The notes beneath the pieces are model-generated. The model made no database searches. It saw only the letters and a list, made by a program, of their open reading frames with translations, and had not been told where the DNA came from. Made by a program: the position numbers and the translations under genes. 64,000 nt of DNA from Clostridia bacterium (GTDB taxonomy: Bacteria; Bacillota; Clostridia; Oscillospirales; CAG-272). Below, in pieces: positions 52,898 through 61,732 of the stretch. The DNA lies in assembly GCA_017468385.1 (NCBI GenBank), contig JAFUIQ010000001.1, positions 7,335-71,334 on the forward strand, given 5' to 3'. How positions within the stretch are numbered: the first letter of the stretch is position 1; the number at the start of each line of letters is the position of its first letter.

Positions 52898-55634
52898 AGA
52901 AAACATGTCCCTGCCTGCGGACAATCCCTGCCCCCAGGTGCATGAGGATATCCCTGCCGAAAAGAAAAAAGCCTCCTTTTGGGAGAAGTTTTCCTCTGTG
53001 AAATACCTGCTCTGGTGCTTCTTTTTGCCGGCGGCACTGATGTGGGTGATCTACATCGCCATGAATGTGTATCCCTTCGGGGAGGAATCCGTTCTGGTAC
53101 TGGATCTGAACGGACAGTATGTGTATTATTTTGAGGCCCTGCGGCGGCTTCTGCACGGGGAAGGCAGTTTTCTCTACTCCTTTGGCCGGGCGCTGGGCGG
53201 TGAGTTCCTCGGCATCGTTGCCTATTATCTGGCCAGCCCCTTCTCGTTCATTGTGGGGCTTTTCCCCAAGGCCATGATCACCGAAGCACTGCTGACGATG
53301 TTCCTTCTGAAAACCGGCCTGTGCGGCTTGCACTTCGGCATCTATCTCCACAAAACCCGGGATCGGAATCCCGTTGCCGTGGTGATCTTCTCCACCATGT
53401 ACGCGCTGTGCGCTTATGCGGTGGTACAGCAGCACAACACCATGTGGATCGACAATCTGATCTTCCTGCCGCTGATTCTTTTGGGTATTGAGGAAATGAT
53501 CCGCTTCGGCAAGTACAAGCTGTTTGTGGTTTGTCTGTCCCTGGCCGTGTTCAGCAATTACTACATCGGCTACATGATGTGCATTTTTGTGGCGGTGTAT
53601 TTCTTCTATTACTATTTCAGCCGGACACCTGATGAGAGAAATCCCCATGGCGTCCAGCATCACTTCCTTCGTTCCTTTGGACGGATTGCGTTCTATTCCC
53701 TGCTTGTGATCTGCATCTGCGCCGCGATCCTTCTGCCCGCTTACTATTCGCTGACCTTCGGTAAGACCACCTTCTCCGATCCGTCCTTTGCTCTGACGCA
53801 GAAGTTTGATTTTCTGGACATGCTGTCCAAGATGTATTTCGGCTCCTACGACACGGTACGTCCGGAGGGACTTCCCTTCCTCTACTGCGGTATGCTGACG
53901 TTCATTCTGGTGCCGCTGTACTTCTTCGCGCCCCATATCCGCCTTCGCGAGAAAATTGCTACCGGTTTTCTGGTGATCTTCTTTGTGATCGGCTTCAACG
54001 CCAGCACGCTGGATTTGATCTGGCACGGCTTCCAGCGTCCCAACTGGCTGAATTACCGGCAGAGCTTCATGCTGTGCTTTATCTTCCTGATCATGGCCTA
54101 CAAGGCCTTCGAGGGACTGAAGACCATGGGATTCCGCTATGCTGTTGCTTCCACCGGTGTTATTGCAGGTCTTCTCATTATCATGCAGAAGATCGGATAC
54201 AAGAATCTGCCCGATTTCACTGCCGTGTGGCCGTCGCTGATCTTCTGTGCTCTCTATCTGTTCCTGCTGCGCGCCTGCACCATGGACAGCAAAAACACCC
54301 GGCAGACCGCCGCGCTGGTTATGGCTATCCTTGTATCGCTGGAGATGTTCTGCGCAGGACTGGCCAACACCACCGCCATGGATAAGGATGTAATCTACTC
54401 CAGCCGCACCTCCTACCGTTCCTTTATCGATCGGGTGCAGCCCATCGCGGACGATGTGAAGGAGATGGACGATTCCTTCTACCGCATGGAAAAGACGGTA
54501 CACCGCAAGACCAACGACAATCTGTCGCTGGGCATGCGCGGACTGTCTAACTCCACCTCCACATTGAACGCCAAGGTAGTTGCGCTGCTCAAGGGAATGG
54601 GTATGGCATCCAAATCCCACTGGTCCAAGTATGTGGGCAGCACGCCGGTACTGGATTCCCTGATGAACGTGAAGTACGTAATCGCCGAGGACGCGGGCAC
54701 CGTGTCCCCGCTTTACCACGAGATCCTGCGGGACGAGGAGAACACGCTGTCCGTCTATGAGAATCCCTATGTTCTCTCCCTGGCCTTCGGTGTATCCCCG
54801 GACACGGCGGATTTCCTGTTCGATGACACCCGCTTCGATTCTCCTTTTGTTCGTATGAATCATCTGATCACCGCCCTGCTGGGCGAGGATGAGACCGTGG
54901 AAATCTTCCGGGAAGCCAAAGTCATCGATACCGAATATATCAACTGTTCCTCCTCCTCTGTGGCGGGACACCGCAAATACACTCCCAAGGATTCCTCCAC
55001 CTCCGCCACGCTCCGCTATACGGTGCGGGTGGACAGCGGTGATCTGCTGTACTGCTACATCCCCTCGGAATATCCCCGAGAGGTAGAACTGAAAGTCAAC
55101 AACAAGAGTGTGGGCAAGCACATGGGCAATGAGACCCACGCCGTCAAGTCCCTTGGCACCTTTGAGGTAGGCGATGAGATCACCGTATCGGCTACCCTGC
55201 AGGACAAGGATCTGTATATTACCACCGGCGCCTCCTATTTCTACTACTTCGATGAGGCGGCGTATAAAGACGCCATGGCACGTCTGAGCACATCCCAGTA
55301 CGTGATTAAGGAGTACACCGAGGATTCCTTCACCGGAACAATCCACGTGGCGGCAGGCCAGGAGATGATCTACACCTCCATCCCCTACGATGCGGGCTGG
55401 GTAGTGAAGATCGACGGTGCCATCGTGGAAACGGAAGAAATCGTCGGTGCGCTGATGGGATTCCGCACCACCCCCGGTGAGCACACGCTGGAAATGGAAT
55501 ACCGTCCCGCCTGTGTGACGTACGGCACATGGATCAGCGCGGGAGGATTGTCCGTCTTTGCGGTGATCTGCCTTGGTGAATGGCTTAATCGAAAAAAGAA
55601 ACAAAAATCCATCGATGTGAGGTCTGAGATATGA
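52887..55634 (+). CDS. YfhO-family membrane protein (putative glycosyl-transfer/lipid-linked sugar flippase family)
   Basis: ..NVYPFGEESVLVLDLNGQYVYYFEALRRLLHGEGSFLYSFGRALGGEFLGIVAYYLASPFSFIV.. followed by many TM helices and a large C-terminal extracytoplasmic domain. 915 aa. Confidence 0.88.
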   Translation: MQNEENMSLPADNPCPQVHEDIPAEKKKASFWEKFSSVKYLLWCFFLPAALMWVIYIAMNVYPFGEESVLVLDLNGQYVYYFEALRRLLHGEGSFLYSFGRALGGEFLGIVAYYLASPFSFIVGLFPKAMITEALLTMFLLKTGLCGLHFGIYLHKTRDRNPVAVVIFSTMYALCAYAVVQQHNTMWIDNLIFLPLILLGIEEMIRFGKYKLFVVCLSLAVFSNYYIGYMMCIFVAVYFFYYYFSRTPDERNPHGVQHHFLRSFGRIAFYSLLVICICAAILLPAYYSLTFGKTTFSDPSFALTQKFDFLDMLSKMYFGSYDTVRPEGLPFLYCGMLTFILVPLYFFAPHIRLREKIATGFLVIFFVIGFNASTLDLIWHGFQRPNWLNYRQSFMLCFIFLIMAYKAFEGLKTMGFRYAVASTGVIAGLLIIMQKIGYKNLPDFTAVWPSLIFCALYLFLLRACTMDSKNTRQTAALVMAILVSLEMFCAGLANTTAMDKDVIYSSRTSYRSFIDRVQPIADDVKEMDDSFYRMEKTVHRKTNDNLSLGMRGLSNSTSTLNAKVVALLKGMGMASKSHWSKYVGSTPVLDSLMNVKYVIAEDAGTVSPLYHEILRDEENTLSVYENPYVLSLAFGVSPDTADFLFDDTRFDSPFVRMNHLITALLGEDETVEIFREAKVIDTEYINCSSSSVAGHRKYTPKDSSTSATLRYTVRVDSGDLLYCYIPSEYPREVELKVNNKSVGKHMGNETHAVKSLGTFEVGDEITVSATLQDKDLYITTGASYFYYFDEAAYKDAMARLSTSQYVIKEYTEDSFTGTIHVAAGQEMIYTSIPYDAGWVVKIDGAIVETEEIVGALMGFRTTPGEHTLEMEYRPACVTYGTWISAGGLSVFAVICLGEWLNRKKKQKSIDVRSEI

Positions 55635-56257
55635 TTTACTGTTTGAGCGGTGAGCTTCTATTCACCGATGCGGTAGCATCCACGGCAGTGATTGATTGCT
55701 GCGGCGTGGGATACAAGGTCACAGTGACCTCCAACACCTTGCGGAAACTGCCCATGAATCCGGAAAAGCCCCCCCGCATCCGCCTGCTGACCTATATGCA
55801 GGTGCGGGAGGACGGCGTGGATCTGTTCGGCTTCTATACGGCGGAAGAACTCGACATGTTCAAGATGCTGATTTCCGTGTCGGGCGTGGGGCCCAAGGCG
55901 GCTGTATCCATTCTGTCGCTGATGACGCCGGAAAAATTGTCCCTCGCCATCGCGGGGGAGGATGTGAAAGCCATCTCCAAGGCACCCGGTGTGGGTGCCA
56001 AGACGGCGGGACGCATCATTCTGGATCTGAAGGACAAGGTGGCGAAGGCATTCCCTGCGCTCAGCGCGGATACAGCCGGCGATATGCCCGCCGCATCTGT
56101 ACAAAGCAACAGCGGGAAAATGTCCGATGCACAGGCCGCCCTTCTCTCCCTGGGCTACTCCCGCCAGGAGATTTCGTCCGCTTTGGCCAAGGTGGATACC
56201 TCCGCTTCCCTGGAAGACATCATCCGCCTGGCACTGAATGTGCTGCTTCGGCAGTAA
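55631..56257 (+). CDS. ruvA: Holliday junction branch migration complex subunit RuvA
   Basis: MIYCLSGELLFTDAVASTAVIDCCGVGYKVTVTSNT..LISVSGVGPKAAVSILS..ISKAPGVGAKTAGRIILDLK..LLSLGYSRQEISSAL. Confidence 0.92.
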   Translation: MIYCLSGELLFTDAVASTAVIDCCGVGYKVTVTSNTLRKLPMNPEKPPRIRLLTYMQVREDGVDLFGFYTAEELDMFKMLISVSGVGPKAAVSILSLMTPEKLSLAIAGEDVKAISKAPGVGAKTAGRIILDLKDKVAKAFPALSADTAGDMPAASVQSNSGKMSDAQAALLSLGYSRQEISSALAKVDTSASLEDIIRLALNVLLRQ

Positions 56258-56272
56258 CCATCGGAGGTATGT

Positions 56273-57337
56273 ATGGAAGACATGGAATTTGATTTTGAAA
56301 ATCGTATCGTGACATCCGATTACACTCCGGAGGACGGCGATAACGAAAACAGCCTGCGCCCGCATACGCTGGAGGAATACATCGGCCAGAGCAAATCCAA
56401 AGAGGTACTGAAAATCTACATAGATGCGGCCAAGATGCGCAGCGAGTGTCTGGATCATGTACTGCTGTACGGCCCGCCCGGTTTGGGTAAGACCACCCTT
56501 TCCACCATCATCGCCTCGGAATTGGGTGTAAATCTGCGAATCACATCCGGCCCTGCCATCGAAAAGCAGGGCGATCTGGCGGCGCTTCTCACCAATCTGG
56601 GAGAGGGGGACGTGCTGTTTATCGATGAGATTCACCGTCTGTCCCGCTCTGTGGAGGAGATTCTGTATCCCGCCATGGAGGATTTTGCGCTGGATATCAT
56701 CATCGGCAAGGGCCCCTCTGCCCGCAGTATCCGTCTGCCCCTGCCCCACTTTACCCTGATCGGTGCTACTACCCGTGCCGGACAGCTGACCACGCCGCTT
56801 CGCGACCGTTTTGGCGTCCTTCTGAAGCTGGATCTGTACTCCTGCGAGGAGCTGGCGCAGATCGTTCACCGCAGTGCGGGCATTCTCAATCTGCCCATCA
56901 CGGAGGACGGTGCCATGGAGATTGCTTCCCGTTCCCGCGGCACGCCGCGTATCGCCAATCGCCTGCTCAAGCGGGTGCGCGATTTTGCACAGGTGCGGGG
57001 CGATGGTACGATCACTCTGGAATCCGCCCGGTATGCTTTGAACATGCTGGAAATCGATGAGTTGGGCCTGGATAACGTGGACCGCCGCATGCTGCAGACC
57101 ATCATTGATTTCTACGATGGCGGCCCGGTGGGACTGGAAACGTTGGCGGCCACGGTGGGCGAAGAAGCCATCACGCTGGAGGATGTATACGAGCCCTATC
57201 TGATGCAGATCGGATTTTTGTCCCGCACTCCTCGTGGACGGTGCGTAACCCGTCTGGGATACGAGCATCTGGGAATCCCCTACACCCCCAAGCACACGGA
57301 TACAAATCAGATCAATCTGGAAAGTGACAACACCTGA
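56273..57337 (+). CDS. ruvB: Holliday junction DNA helicase RuvB
   Basis: ..[41 protein letters not shown] (Walker A)..[10 protein letters not shown] (Walker B)..[26 protein letters not shown]. Confidence 0.95.
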   Translation: MEDMEFDFENRIVTSDYTPEDGDNENSLRPHTLEEYIGQSKSKEVLKIYIDAAKMRSECLDHVLLYGPPGLGKTTLSTIIASELGVNLRITSGPAIEKQGDLAALLTNLGEGDVLFIDEIHRLSRSVEEILYPAMEDFALDIIIGKGPSARSIRLPLPHFTLIGATTRAGQLTTPLRDRFGVLLKLDLYSCEELAQIVHRSAGILNLPITEDGAMEIASRSRGTPRIANRLLKRVRDFAQVRGDGTITLESARYALNMLEIDELGLDNVDRRMLQTIIDFYDGGPVGLETLAATVGEEAITLEDVYEPYLMQIGFLSRTPRGRCVTRLGYEHLGIPYTPKHTDTNQINLESDNT

Positions 57338-57338
57338 T

Positions 57339-58082
57339 ATGGCCGAAAAGAACGCAAACATTCACCAAAATCACCGCAAACGTCTGCGGGAGCGGTACGA
57401 GAAGTACGGTCTGGAGTCTTTTGAGGAGCACAACATTCTGGAACTGTTGCTCTTCCGCTCCATTCCCCGCGCCGACACCAACGGTCTGGCTCATGAACTG
57501 ATCAACACCTTCGGCTCTCTGTACGAGGTGCTGTGCGCACCGTATGAGGAGCTGCTGAAAGTCAAAGGGGTGGGGCCGGCCAGTGCTTCGCTGATCCGCA
57601 CCGTATTCGATACAGCACGGGAAGCCAATCTGCGGAAATTGGCGGCGATGCCCATAGACAGTTATCCCCGTCTGGCCATGTACGCCACGGAGTGGTTCGG
57701 CGGAAAGCCGGCGGGCGTGGTGGCGGTTCTTCTGCTGGATGAGGGCAATCGGATTGTGCACACAGGCACACTGTCCGCCAGTCACACCATTCGTGAGGCC
57801 TCCTATGCACAGGCTATTGCGGATCTGGCGGAAAAATTTGACACACGCCGCGTGGTGCTGATGCACAATCACGAAAGCGGGATCATGAAGCCGTCTGACG
57901 AGGATCTGTATCTCACAAAACAGCTGTACACCGCACTGCGGGAGAAGGATATTGCTCTCATGGAGCATCTGATCGTCCACAAATTCGACTGCATACCGAT
58001 TCTGGATACTGCCGTCAAGCAATCCGTCAGCGGATTCCCCACGGTGTTGTCCGAGAATATGCAAAAAGCTCTTTTACTGTAA
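57339..58082 (+). CDS. RadC-like JAB-domain protein
   Basis: ..HRKRLRERYEKYGLESFEEHNILELLLF..LLKVKGVGPASASLI (HhH)..VVLMHNHESGIMKPSDEDLYLTKQL (HNHxSG..PSxxD JAB/MPN-like motif). The ATG lies 1 nt after the ruvB stop. Confidence 0.8.
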   Translation: MAEKNANIHQNHRKRLRERYEKYGLESFEEHNILELLLFRSIPRADTNGLAHELINTFGSLYEVLCAPYEELLKVKGVGPASASLIRTVFDTAREANLRKLAAMPIDSYPRLAMYATEWFGGKPAGVVAVLLLDEGNRIVHTGTLSASHTIREASYAQAIADLAEKFDTRRVVLMHNHESGIMKPSDEDLYLTKQLYTALREKDIALMEHLIVHKFDCIPILDTAVKQSVSGFPTVLSENMQKALLL

Positions 58083-58120
58083 AAAACCGGGGCACCCTTT
58101 TGGGGGGTGCCCCGGTTTTG
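58081..58120. terminator. Bidirectional terminator between convergent radC-like and uxaC
   Basis: AAAAAACCGGGGCACCC-ttttgg-GGGTGCCCCGGTTTTG. Confidence 0.65.
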
Positions 58121-58122
58121 TA

Positions 58123-59541
58123 TTATACCGTTTTGAATCCGAAATAGTTTTTGGTGTTGTTGTAGCAGATATCGCACACAAGCTGTGCCAGTGCCTCCAT
58201 ATCGGCGGGATACATGCCGTCCTCCACCCACTGGCCGATGAGGTCGCACAAAATGCGGCGGAAATACTCATGGCGGGGATAGGATGTGAAACTGCGGGAG
58301 TCTGTCAGCATGCCCAGAAACTTACCGAACACGGACAGATTGGCCAGCTGCTGCATCTGTGCCCGCATACCGTCGTAGGTATCGTTGAACCACCAGGCAC
58401 TTCCCTGCATCATGCGGGGCATACCGTCGCCTGCGGTCTGGAAGCAGCCGATCAGTGCGCCGATGGCTGCATTATCCGAGGGATCGATGGAATAGATGAT
58501 GGTGCGCGGGAGAGCATCCCGCTGATCCATGGCATCAAAGAGCTTGGCGAAATCCGTGATGGTATTGCTGCCGATGGTATCGAATCCCGTATCGGCGCCC
58601 AGCTTTGCAAACATGGACGCATTGGTGTTACGCCACACGCCGCAATGGATCTGCATTACCCAGCCGTGCTTTTTATATTCGCCGGCCAGATACTGCAGCA
58701 TCTCGCATTTCAGAACGGACAACTGCTCGGGGGTCACATCGGCACCATCCGAATCCAGCGCGGTCTGCATGGCCTGATTGGCGGCATATTCGTTGGGCTT
58801 CACGTACATGGGGAACTCGTCCAGGCCGTGATCCGCCGTGCGGCATCCCATGGAATCAAAGAAATCGATGCGGCGGGACAGTGCCTCCTTCAGGGAACGG
58901 ACATCGGTGATCTCCACGCCGGCGGCTTCGCCCAGTTTCGCATAGTATTCCTTCAGGCCGCCTTTGTTGATATTGAACGCCTTATCGGGGCGGAACGCGG
59001 GCAGCACTTTGGTTGCAAAGGTAGCATCCGCGGCCAGTGCGGCATGATACTCCAGGGAATCGGCGGGATCGTCTGTGGTACAGAGCAGATCTACGCGGGA
59101 GCGGCGGATCAGATTCCGCACACTCATATCGGGCTGGGACAGTTTCTCGGAGGTGAGTTTCCAGATCTCGTCTGCGGTCTTCTCGCTCAGGATCAGATCG
59201 CAGTCGAAGTACCGCTGCAGCTCCAGGTGTGTCCAATGATACAACGGATTTCCGATGAGGGACGGCATGACAGACGCGTACGCCTTGAACTTCTCGTAAT
59301 CCGATGCACCTCCGGTGATGTATTTCTCCGGCACGCCGGCGGAGCGGATGGCGCGCCACTTATAGTGGTCGCCGCTAAGCCACAATTCCGTGATATTGGA
59401 ATACTGCTTATCCTCGGCGATATCCTTGGGGCTGACGTGGCAATGGTAATCGATGATGGGCAGTTTTTCCGCATAGTTGTGGAACAACTCCTGTGCTATC
59501 TCTGTGCGGAGCAGAAAATCCGAGTCAAGAAAAGGTTTCAT
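58123..59541 (-). CDS. uxaC: Glucuronate isomerase
   Basis: MKPFLDSDFLLRTEIAQELFHNYAEKLPIIDYHCHVSPKDIAEDKQYSNITELWLSGDHYKWRAIRSAGV.....WWFND... GGAGG SD before the ATG at 59541. Confidence 0.92.
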   Translation of the reverse strand: MKPFLDSDFLLRTEIAQELFHNYAEKLPIIDYHCHVSPKDIAEDKQYSNITELWLSGDHYKWRAIRSAGVPEKYITGGASDYEKFKAYASVMPSLIGNPLYHWTHLELQRYFDCDLILSEKTADEIWKLTSEKLSQPDMSVRNLIRRSRVDLLCTTDDPADSLEYHAALAADATFATKVLPAFRPDKAFNINKGGLKEYYAKLGEAAGVEITDVRSLKEALSRRIDFFDSMGCRTADHGLDEFPMYVKPNEYAANQAMQTALDSDGADVTPEQLSVLKCEMLQYLAGEYKKHGWVMQIHCGVWRNTNASMFAKLGADTGFDTIGSNTITDFAKLFDAMDQRDALPRTIIYSIDPSDNAAIGALIGCFQTAGDGMPRMMQGSAWWFNDTYDGMRAQMQQLANLSVFGKFLGMLTDSRSFTSYPRHEYFRRILCDLIGQWVEDGMYPADMEALAQLVCDICYNNTKNYFGFKTV

Positions 59542-59596
59542 ATCGTTATCCTCCAGCAAATATCTGTTTTCATTATAAAAGGATGCGCCGCCCTTG

Positions 59597-60472
59597 TCAA
59601 GCATCCCGGCGGATTCCGCGGATCATCCGGTGCAAAAACTGCAGACTTTCCGCCAATTTGGGGATGTCCGCCCCGTCGGAACGGATGACCGGGGATTCCA
59701 GGGTGAAAGTGCCGCGATAATCCGCTTGCATGAGGCAATCGGCAACGTCCAGGAAATCCACCATACCCTCCCCTGGGTGATAGATGGGACGCAAAGCGGA
59801 AAAGTCCCGCTCCTCCCCGCGGATATCGCTAATATGTATATGCTCGATATGGGGGACGACGGTCTCCTCGTTCCATATCTCCCTGGTTTGCCGGTGGAAG
59901 AACCCGAAGCGGGTATCAAAAATCAGACCGCAGGATCCCAGATAACCGGTGAGGGCTTTCCATTGGGACAAGGGATCCTTCGTTGTGCAGGGGACGTTTT
60001 CGATGAGCAATCGGACACGGTATGGCCGGATGATATCCAGCAGTTCCGGCAGGACGGAGATATTGTACGAAGCGTAACTGTCCGATGTCAGCCCGCCCCA
60101 CAGGTGAAATACCATTTTCCCGCACCCGGCCATGGCAGCCATCTCGCAATTCCGTCGGAAATCGTCCAGGGCGCGCCGATACAGCGCATGTCCGCTGTCC
60201 CCATCCCCTGCGGCAAAGGCCTTTCCCGCATCGGACAATTGGGTGCCGATCTCCTTCTCGCAATGGATGACGGGAAAACGGAGTCCCGCCCGAAGCCACT
60301 CCTGTGCCACTTCTTTCATGCGATCGTAGAAGACGGGAATCATCATCAGTTCTGCTCCGGAGATGAGTCCTCGCTCCATAAAATGGGGGAAGGCTTCTGT
60401 TACCAAATGTATATTGTATCCGTTTGCTCGACCGACCGTTGTGCCGGTGGAGCAAAAAACGCCGTGTTCCAT
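59597..60472 (-). CDS. Sugar phosphate isomerase/epimerase (xylose-isomerase-like TIM barrel) family protein
   Basis: ..GLRFPVIHCEK..AGCGKMVFHLWGG..RLLIENVPC..VPHIEHIHISDIRGEERDF..PGEGMVDF shows the AP_endonuc_2-type metal-ligand pattern (H, E, H, E). Confidence 0.8.
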   Translation of the reverse strand: MEHGVFCSTGTTVGRANGYNIHLVTEAFPHFMERGLISGAELMMIPVFYDRMKEVAQEWLRAGLRFPVIHCEKEIGTQLSDAGKAFAAGDGDSGHALYRRALDDFRRNCEMAAMAGCGKMVFHLWGGLTSDSYASYNISVLPELLDIIRPYRVRLLIENVPCTTKDPLSQWKALTGYLGSCGLIFDTRFGFFHRQTREIWNEETVVPHIEHIHISDIRGEERDFSALRPIYHPGEGMVDFLDVADCLMQADYRGTFTLESPVIRSDGADIPKLAESLQFLHRMIRGIRRDA

Positions 60473-60887
60473 CCTATTTCATCCTTTCCGCGATGGGAAT
60501 ATACATATTTTGTCTGTGTATGCAATGACTGCCGGGAGATAATGTATATTTATGGTAAAACATCCCGAAACGGGACGTATATCGCTTACTATTTTACATT
60601 CTGTATGAATATTTTCAAGATGCATTTCTACATTTTTCGCTGAAAACTATACTATCTCCCTCAAATCTGCCGTTTTTTAAACCATTTACCCCGAGCAGGG
60701 CGCTGTTTTTCGTGAAAACGGCAGTTCTTTTCATTGTATATACATCGGAATCCCGCTTAATCTTCGGCTTTTAGGCCGTATGGTATAATATGTTCAGCAC
60801 CATTCATTACTCGATAAGCTGTCACTCGGTATAGATATGTGAGTTTCAGTTCGGCAACATTTCATTATCACCAAAGAAAGGCTTATT

Positions 60888-61193
60888 ATGAATTTCCCTA
60901 ACATAGAAACGCAGACACTGCTGGAAACCAAAACCATACAAATCGACACCCGGCTGATCAACCATGAACTGCATCTCACCACGGTACTGATACAGGTTAT
61001 CTATACAGATCACAGTTTCTACTCCATTGGTATTCACTCCCTGAACGGGAACGGAATCGCCGAATTCCGTATGATTAACGATGTATGCCGTGACAAAACG
61101 GAAGCGGAAGCATTGTTCCGCATCCTATCCGACGGCGAAGTCACGCCGTGCACGCTGGAATACATACTGAGCGATCTTATCGGCATGCGGTAA
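60888..61193 (+). CDS. Small hypothetical protein (DUF6514-like)
   Basis: MNFPNIETQTLLETKTIQIDT..FYSIGIHSLNGNGIAEFRMINDVCRDKTEAEALFRILSDGEVTPCTLEYILSDLIG. The C-terminal V-T-P-x-T-L pattern matches my memory of DUF6514. A TGGTATAAT extended -10 element lies about 100 nt upstream. Confidence 0.5.
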   Translation: MNFPNIETQTLLETKTIQIDTRLINHELHLTTVLIQVIYTDHSFYSIGIHSLNGNGIAEFRMINDVCRDKTEAEALFRILSDGEVTPCTLEYILSDLIGMR

Positions 61194-61214
61194 CATCCCC
61201 CGGAGCACCTATCC

Positions 61215-61253
61215 AAAAAAACAGGAGACAGGCAGGTACTGTCTCCTTTTTTA
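61215..61253. terminator. Bidirectional terminator between the convergent DUF6514-like and HPr-like genes
   Basis: AAAAAAAC-AGGAGACAG-gcaggta-CTGTCTCCT-TTTTTATT. Confidence 0.6.
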
Positions 61254-61270
61254 TTGCTTTGCTTGGACGA

Positions 61271-61513
61271 TTACTCGTTGACGATAAATGCCTTCAGATC
61301 ATCCATCAGTGCCTTGACGTCCTCTTCCTTATCGGTCTGAGCGGACAGCTTGATCGGATTCAGAAGATCCAGGCTGAAGATGCCCATGATGGACTTGGCG
61401 TCTACAACATAACGGCCGCTGGACAGATCGATATCCATATTGTACTTGGTAACGATATCCACAAAAGAACGAACATCCTGGATGGAGGACAGACGAATCA
61501 TAACGTTATTCAT
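61271..61513 (-). CDS. HPr-fold protein lacking the His15 phosphorylation motif
   Basis: MNNVMIRLSSIQDVRSFVDIVTKYNMDIDLSSGRYVVDAKSIMGIFSLDLLNPIKLSAQTDKEEDVKALMDDLKAFI. The DAKSIMG block equals the HPr Ser46 region. The GLHARPA block is replaced by SIQDVRSFV. Confidence 0.7.
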   Translation of the reverse strand: MNNVMIRLSSIQDVRSFVDIVTKYNMDIDLSSGRYVVDAKSIMGIFSLDLLNPIKLSAQTDKEEDVKALMDDLKAFIVNE

Positions 61514-61732
61514 ATCAATTCACCTCGTGATTTCATATTTAGTAATTACTCACTACAGAAGTATTATACCGATTTTTCCTCTATTTGTCAAGGATAGTCT
61601 TTGCATTATTATGGGGATTTTTGATGCGAATCTTTGGTTAGAATTAAAGTTCACCGAGGAGTTGATTGACATTGTGTGCAGAATTGGGTAAAATATAGGA
61701 TAACCATCCGATTTTTCAGGAAAGGAGAACGT

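Noticed and set aside
52866-55604. 912 aa minus-strand ORF covering almost all of the yfhO gene.
   Set aside because: It is a shadow ORF. Its translation is low-complexity (rich in G, H, R, Q and V) with no motifs and no SD. The plus strand encodes a clear YfhO-family protein with TM helices.

The same reasoning rejects the other long antisense ORFs in the track: 4336-6066, 8897-9904, 14838-15983, 18509-19825, 20031-21233, 22609-23739, 24904-26193, 27153-28424, 28430-29872, 35353-36372, 37639-38712, 39718-40875, 40430-41575, 50325-52580, 55658-57361, 58270-59688 and 61802-63970.
60490-60643. Small plus-strand ORFs (for example the 33 aa MYIYGKTSRNGTYIAYYFTFCMNIFKMHFYIFR) and a long-range 10-bp stem (CTGCCGTTTT at 60667-60676 with AAAACGGCAG at 60715-60724) in the 415-nt divergent intergenic region.
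   Set aside because: The ORF product is Tyr/Phe/Ile-rich, as expected from AT-rich non-coding DNA, and SD spacing is poor. The stem encloses a 38-nt loop and has no clear associated gene. There was too little evidence to report it as a feature.
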